Positions 6,529-10,779 of a stretch of 10,779 bases of DNA are shown here, in pieces. How positions within the stretch are numbered: the first letter of the stretch is position 1; each line of letters begins with the position of its first letter. Under the pieces are notes generated by a model that saw nothing but the letters and a program-made list of their open reading frames with translations, made no database searches and was not told the origin of the DNA. This stretch comes from an uncultured Chloroflexia bacterium (GTDB lineage: Bacteria; Chloroflexota; Limnocylindria; Limnocylindrales; CSP1-4), in the NCBI GenBank assembly GCA_963766735.1, contig CAVYBU010000014.1, positions 1 through 10,779 on the forward strand. Reading direction: 5' to 3'. The position numbers were made by a program, and so were the translations under genes.

Positions 6529-7779
6529 TTACTTGCCGTTGGCCTTGTTCATCTCGGCGCAGGCGTCGGTGACGGCCTGCTGCGGGTCGGCACCCGACTC
6601 GAGGACCAGCTGCAGCGCGTTGCCGAAGTTGCCCCAGAAGTTGTCGAGCTCCTTGACCTGCGGTCGCGGGAAGCCGGTGGCAACCGCGTCGGCAAAGCCC
6701 TGGGTGATCGGGTCGGCGATGGTGATCCCGGTGTTGGCCGGGATGTGGCCGGCCACGTCGACGAAGATCTGCTGTGCTTCCTTGGTGGTCATCGCCAGGG
6801 CGAAGGCCGTGGCGAGGTCGACGTCAGCACTGTTCGGGTTGATGTACCAGCCGTCGACTCCGGTCAGCGGCTGCGACGGGCCGACCGGGCCGGCCGGCAT
6901 CGGAGCGACGCCCACGGTCGGGACGGACTCCTTGTAGCCACCGGATGCCCACGGGCCGTCGACGATGAGATCGATGTCGCCGGCCTTGAAGCCGTTCGCC
7001 ATGTCGTCGTAGTTCGGGAAGAACTTGGCGCCGGCTGCCTGCAGCTCGGCGAGATAGGCATAGGCATCAACCACGCCGGTGGTGTCGGCGATGCACTTGC
7101 CGGTGTCGTCCATCAGCTTGCCGCCGAAGGCCGCCCACCAACCGAAGTTGTGGTACGCCGCGGTGCCACCGAAGAAGCCGGCCTTGATTGTGCCGTCCTT
7201 GACGGCGGCAAGGAGCTGGTCCGTCGTCGCCGGCGGCGTGGCGATCTTGGCGGTGTCGTAGAACATCGCGACCGCCTTGAGGGACTCGGGGACCATGTAG
7301 ATGCTGTCACCGACCTTCGAGCCGTCGACAGCAACCTGTCCGATCCCTTCGAGATTCGGGGCGACCTGGGTGGTGATGTCCGCGATCACGCCCTCGCGCG
7401 CCTGGAAACCGAGGCTGTCGTTGGGGGCGATGAACAGGTCGGGGCCGCCGCCTGTCGCGACGTCGGCATTCCACTTGTTGAAGACGTCGGCGAATGGGAT
7501 CTCAAGGACGTTGACCTTGAGCTCGGGGTTGGCAGCCTGGACCTCGGCGAGCAGCTGGTTGAGCGCATCGAGCTCGGTGCCGGCACCCGAAGAGTAGGTG
7601 TGCCACAGGGTGACCTCGCCGACGAGGCCGGCCGGTGCCTGTGACTCGGGGGCGGTGGTCGGCGCGGCCGTTGCCGGGGGCGCCGCGCTTGGAGCGGTTG
7701 TTGCGGTGCTCGACGAGCAGGCCGCGGCGATGATCGCCACCCCCGCCAGCAGCGCCGCGAAGCGAAGCCTCTTGTTCAT
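6529..7779 (-). CDS. Sugar ABC transporter substrate-binding lipoprotein (MalE/maltodextrin-binding family), 416 aa
   Basis: Lipoprotein signal MNKRLRFAALLAGVAIIAAA-C21 and an A/P/T linker. Motifs VTLWH, GGGPDLFIAPND, FKAGDIDLIVDGPW and PRPQVKELDNFW resemble maltose-binding proteins. RBS GAGAGGAG. Confidence 0.95.
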   Translation of the reverse strand: MNKRLRFAALLAGVAIIAAACSSSTATTAPSAAPPATAAPTTAPESQAPAGLVGEVTLWHTYSSGAGTELDALNQLLAEVQAANPELKVNVLEIPFADVFNKWNADVATGGGPDLFIAPNDSLGFQAREGVIADITTQVAPNLEGIGQVAVDGSKVGDSIYMVPESLKAVAMFYDTAKIATPPATTDQLLAAVKDGTIKAGFFGGTAAYHNFGWWAAFGGKLMDDTGKCIADTTGVVDAYAYLAELQAAGAKFFPNYDDMANGFKAGDIDLIVDGPWASGGYKESVPTVGVAPMPAGPVGPSQPLTGVDGWYINPNSADVDLATAFALAMTTKEAQQIFVDVAGHIPANTGITIADPITQGFADAVATGFPRPQVKELDNFWGNFGNALQLVLESGADPQQAVTDACAEMNKANGK

Positions 7780-7961
7780 GATGTTGTGCTGTCTCCTCTC
7801 GATGATCCGGATCCCAGTGGACCCGGTCAGTGGATCTTACCGACGATACCGACTCGTCGCGGCCGGTCCCTCCGGCCTGTGCCGCCCTGGGTGGCGTCCC
7901 AGGTTCGGTGCGTTTGTTGTGGAGAAGCCGGCCGACTCCAAAGTGGCTCGCCCGGAAGACC

Positions 7962-9035
7962 TCAGTCTCGGCTCCCGGCCACCTCCTCTCGATGGCCCGC
8001 AACGGGCCCGGTCGAGGCGCGGATGATCAGCCGCGTTTCCAGACATCGGTGCTCGGGCTCGTCGGTCTCCCGTTGCTCGAGGATGCTCAAGAGCAGCCGG
8101 ACGGCTTCCTCGCCCTTGCGACGGATCGGCTGGTGGACCGTCGTGAGTGGAGGATCGACGTGTGGCGCCAGGTCAATGTCATCGAACCCGACCACGCTCA
8201 CGTCGGCCGGTACATCCAGGCGCAGATCGCGCAGCGCCCGCAACGCCCCGATCGCCATCGCGTCGGACATCGCCAGGATCGCCGTGGGTCGCAGGCCGTC
8301 CTCCCATGCTCGCTCGATGATGGCGATCCCCCCGTCAATGCTGGCCGGCCCCACGATCACCCGCTCGTCGGGGATCGGCGCCCCGACCGCGGCGAAGGCA
8401 TCCCGATATCCACGCAGGCGTCGGCCGGTCACGCCGTCCAGGTCGGACTCGCCCGGGACCGGCGGCTCCACGCCAAGGACCAGGACATCGCGGTGTCCCA
8501 GGCCGACCAGGTGCTCGGCCGCGGCGCGTGCCCCGCCAAGGTCGTCGATCTCGATTGACCCGAGCTCGGGCAGGGCGGTCGAATCCACCAGCACGATCGG
8601 GACGCCCGCCCGGCGAATCTGCTCCACCTCGGGATGGGTATCGGACAGCCCGATCACGACCACCCCATCGACCGTGGCTCGGCCCATCGCCCGGGCCAGG
8701 CTGCCGTGGAGTGGCGAGATGAAGTGGATGCCGTAGCCGAGCTCCTCGGCGGCGACAGCGACGCCCTCGCTCAGCGCCATGAAGAAGGGGTTGCTGAAGA
8801 TGACGCTGAGCGCCTGCGGAGTCAGGACCCCGATGGTCATCGTCTGACGCTGGGTCAGCATCCGCGCCACGGGATGTGGCCTGTAGCCCATCCCGTCGGC
8901 GATCGCTCGGATCCGGTCGGCCGTATCCGCCGCCAGCCGATCCGGCGAATTGAACGCGAATGACACGGCGGTCTTGCTGACGCCCGCTTCGCGCGCGACA
9001 TCGGCGATCCGTGCCCGCTTGGTCCGTGGTTCCAC
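7962..9035 (-). CDS. LacI-family transcriptional regulator, 357 aa
   Basis: N-terminal HTH RIADVAREAGVSKTAVS, hinge YRPHPVARML, and sugar-binding core with VPADVSVVGFDD and PPLTTVHQP. GTG start with an in-frame TGA immediately upstream. Confidence 0.96.
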   Translation of the reverse strand: MEPRTKRARIADVAREAGVSKTAVSFAFNSPDRLAADTADRIRAIADGMGYRPHPVARMLTQRQTMTIGVLTPQALSVIFSNPFFMALSEGVAVAAEELGYGIHFISPLHGSLARAMGRATVDGVVVIGLSDTHPEVEQIRRAGVPIVLVDSTALPELGSIEIDDLGGARAAAEHLVGLGHRDVLVLGVEPPVPGESDLDGVTGRRLRGYRDAFAAVGAPIPDERVIVGPASIDGGIAIIERAWEDGLRPTAILAMSDAMAIGALRALRDLRLDVPADVSVVGFDDIDLAPHVDPPLTTVHQPIRRKGEEAVRLLLSILEQRETDEPEHRCLETRLIIRASTGPVAGHREEVAGSRD

Positions 9036-9145
9036 TCAGCCGCAGCTCCGCTCCTGCCTCGGCTCGTCGGCGGTAATCGCGACGAGGGGAGGGTCCGATG
9101 CCAGGTCACCGCGGAACAGAAGGTGCGGTTCTGCCCTGCATCGTT

Positions 9146-9170
9146 CAAACCGGTTTAGCAAACCGGTTTA
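9146..9170. promoter_or_regulatory. Tandem LacI-type operators (2 x CAAACCGGTTTA, each containing the palindrome AAACCGGTTT)
   Basis: Exact 12-bp direct repeat at 9146-9157 and 9159-9170. The palindromes at 9147-9156 and 9160-9169 have the central CG and flanking A/T runs typical of LacI-family operators. They overlap the predicted transcription start. Confidence 0.85.
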
Positions 9171-9174
9171 CTGG

Positions 9175-9203
9175 AGTGTGCGATGGCATTCGCAGGATGT
9201 CAA
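9175..9203 (-). promoter_or_regulatory. Sigma70/SigA-type promoter of the lacI-family/ABC operon
   Basis: Minus strand TTGACA (9203-9198), 17-nt spacer, CACACT (9180-9175). Predicted TSS near 9168. Confidence 0.8.
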
Positions 9204-9305
9204 GCGCAGACCGTGATCTCGCGCGTGTCGCGACCCCGGTTGAGCGCGAGGGGCTAACATCGGCAATGGTGGCGCGACCCGTTTCGTCCAGACCTGATCG
9301 CCTTC

Positions 9306-9725
9306 ATGGCTGATCGCCGCTTCCAGGGTGCCGTGACCGGGCCCGAGGACAGCGGCGAGCCGCTGGATGATTCGCTGCCCCCGTCACCGATCCGCCCGCC
9401 CCGACCGGTGCTGATCGAGCTTGCGGCGGCGATCCTGATCGTCGGGGGTGTGACCAGCCTCCTCGGGCTCCTGGGTCAACTCGACCGCCCCACAGACACT
9501 GTCGACCTGTTCTTCGCCGGTTCGGCCATCCTGACGATTGCCGTCGGACTCCTGGTTCGTGCCGGTCGAGCCTGGATCTTCGACATCAATGTCGTCGTTC
9601 TCATCCTCTTCCTGGAGCTGACAGCCCTCCCGTCGGCAATCGCCATCGCATTCGCCACCCTCGACACGGTCGTCCTCGTGGCCCTGATCCGGCACCGCCC
9701 CTGGTTCGACCGACCGGAACCCTGA
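9306..9725 (+). CDS. Small hypothetical membrane protein (about 4 TM helices), 139 aa
   Basis: Pro/acidic N-terminus followed by four hydrophobic stretches (LAAAILIVGGVTSLLGLL; LFFAGSAILTIAVGLLV; INVVVLILFLEL; AIAIAFATLDTVVLVALI), with GC-rich third positions. The start is uncertain (GTG 9333 is possible). No family recognised. Confidence 0.75.
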   Translation: MADRRFQGAVTGPEDSGEPLDDSLPPSPIRPPRPVLIELAAAILIVGGVTSLLGLLGQLDRPTDTVDLFFAGSAILTIAVGLLVRAGRAWIFDINVVVLILFLELTALPSAIAIAFATLDTVVLVALIRHRPWFDRPEP

Positions 9726-9862
9726 GCCGCGCGGAGCGGAGTGGGAGTGCACCTCACCCGGGGCGGCGACGACGGATCTGGCGGTAGACGGCAGGAGACG
9801 ACGAGCGCGGGCATCGCCGGCTCCGGCGGCCCGGCACAGCCAAGCGTCGGCCCGAGGTCGGG

Positions 9863-9868
9863 TACACT
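9863..9868 (+). promoter_or_regulatory. Putative -10 element (TACACT) for tRNA-His
   Basis: TACACT is followed by a GC-rich stretch and lies about 66 nt upstream of the tRNA. No convincing -35. Confidence 0.5.
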
Positions 9869-9934
9869 CTCGCGGCGCAGAGATGGTGTCGGCGGCGGTC
9901 CACGGCGACCGCCCGACGCCCGATCTGATCTCGC

Positions 9935-10010
9935 GGTGGCCTTAGCTCAATGGCAGAGCATCGGATTGTGGCTCCGAAGGTTGCGGGTTCGAGCCCCGTA
10001 GGCCACCCCA
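9935..10010 (+). tRNA. tRNA-His (GTG)
   Basis: Cloverleaf: acceptor GTGGCCT/AGGCCAC, D arm GCTC/GAGC, anticodon arm TCGGA-TTGTGGC-TCCGA (GTG at 9968-9970), T arm GCGGG-TTCGAGC-CCCGT. The His identity pair G-1 (9935):C73 (10007) and the CCA (10008-10010) are encoded. Confidence 0.98.
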
Positions 10011-10039
10011 AGCCCCACCCCTGATCCGGCGTGTCCGGG

Positions 10040-10062
10040 CGCCTTCCGCCCGCGGGAAGGTG
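10040..10062 (+). terminator. Hairpin downstream of tRNA-His (possible terminator or processing stem)
   Basis: CGCCTTCC / GGAAGGTG 8-bp stem with one G-U pair on the plus strand. No U-tract. Confidence 0.4.
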
Positions 10063-10064
10063 GG

Positions 10065-10073
10065 TGCTAGCGT
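10065..10073 (+). promoter_or_regulatory. Putative extended -10 (TG-N-TAGCGT) for a leaderless transcript
   Basis: TG at 10065-10066, TAGCGT at 10068-10073, then 7 nt to the GTG at 10081. Confidence 0.5.
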
Positions 10074-10080
10074 GGGGGGC

Positions 10081-10779
10081 GTGACCGCGCCCGCCCGTCC
10101 CGATCCCCGCCGACCCTCAGGTCATCGTCTCTGGGTGCCGCGCCAGCACGGCGCCTGGGCAATGCTCCTGCTACCCGTCCTGCTGGGCGTGGCGGCGAGC
10201 CGGCCGAGCCCCTGGCAGCTGGCCGTCGCCGGTGCCGCGCTGACCGGCTACCTGGCATCGGTCACCCTGCAGGCGTGGTCCCGGGCCCGCCGCCCGCCTG
10301 CCTACCGGGCCCCGATCGCCGTATACGGCACCGCGTTCGCCGCGCTCGGGCTGCTGCTGGTCGTCGCCTTCCCGGCCCTGCTCGCCATCCTCGTGGTGGT
10401 GGTGCCGACCTCGCTCATCGTGTTCCGTGGAGCACAGCCGGGGACGCGCCGGGATCTCGCCAACAGCCTGGTCCAGGTGGTGCAGGCGCTGGTCCTGGTG
10501 CCCGCGGCGGCGTACGTCTCCGGCGAGTTCGAGTCCGCCATCGTCATCGCGTACACGCTCGTGGCTGCGGGGTACCTGTTCGGGACGGTGCTGATGGTCC
10601 GTTCCGTCCTCCGCGAGCGCGGCAACGGGACCTTCGCGTCACTGTCCGCCGGGTTCCACGTGGCCCTCATCGCCCTGGCGGCCGTGGCGCTCCCCCCGGC
10701 CTACGCGATTCTGGCGGCCGGGCTGGCGGCCCGCGCCATCGCCCTGCCGGTGGTCCAGCGCCGGCTTGCCATGAGTCCC
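10081..10779 (+). CDS. YwiC-like family membrane protein (3' truncated by the window edge)
   Basis: My translation is open for 233 codons to the edge: MTAPARPDPRRPSGHRLWVPRQHGAWAMLLLPVLLG...RRDLANSL...GYLFGTVLMVRSVLRERGN. The PxQHGAWxMLxxP and YxxGTxxxVxxxxRER motifs match the YwiC-like family. It is absent from the ORF track because there is no stop in the window. Confidence 0.88.
   Translation, partial: MTAPARPDPRRPSGHRLWVPRQHGAWAMLLLPVLLGVAASRPSPWQLAVAGAALTGYLASVTLQAWSRARRPPAYRAPIAVYGTAFAALGLLLVVAFPALLAILVVVVPTSLIVFRGAQPGTRRDLANSLVQVVQALVLVPAAAYVSGEFESAIVIAYTLVAAGYLFGTVLMVRSVLRERGNGTFASLSAGFHVALIALAAVALPPAYAILAAGLAARAIALPVVQRRLAMSP

Noticed and set aside
7630-7716. Ala/Pro/Thr repeats (TTAP, AAP) in the SBP N-terminus as a tandem repeat element
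   Set aside because: An ordinary low-complexity lipoprotein tether with no exact nucleotide periodicity.
5420-8736. Long alternative ORFs 5420..6130, 5521..6471, 6508..7644, 7786..8736 and 7830..8558
   Set aside because: All overlap well-supported ABC or LacI genes in other frames or strands and have shadow-type composition.
9879-9932. GAGATGGTGTC resembling the 5' end of a fluoride riboswitch
   Set aside because: It lacks the P1 partner and the downstream CUGAUGA-pseudoknot segment, and it precedes a tRNA rather than a fluoride-related gene.
9741-10011. ORFs 9741..10001 (+) and 9754..10011 (-)
   Set aside because: They overlap the tRNA. The minus translation GWPTGLEPATFGATIRCSAIEL is the typical artefact of reading a tRNA antisense.
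9935-10779. tRNA-His as an integration site for a genomic island
   Set aside because: I saw no duplicated tRNA 3' end, integrase or compositional shift in the window.

Overview
High-GC bacterial window that looks like ordinary chromosome. I saw no integrase, transposase, CRISPR array or att duplication. The core is an alpha-glucan utilisation locus. On the minus strand, an operon runs LacI-family repressor > sugar-binding lipoprotein > two CUT1 ABC permeases, with no ATPase in the window. It is driven by a TTGACA-17-CACACT promoter overlapped by two tandem AAACCGGTTT palindromes. Next to it are an oppositely oriented lipid-anchored GH13 alpha-amylase (MPDLN/GH13_36 type), a cytoplasmic GH15 enzyme of the isomaltose-glucohydrolase type, and a Gfo/Idh/MocA oxidoreductase broken by a net +1 frameshift near its 5' end. 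The right end carries a small membrane protein, tRNA-His(GTG) and a truncated YwiC-like membrane protein that the ORF track missed. I see no clearly new large system. The best leads are the amylase + GH15 pathway logic, the frameshift, the tandem operator, and several structured minus-strand non-coding regions, especially nt 25-165.
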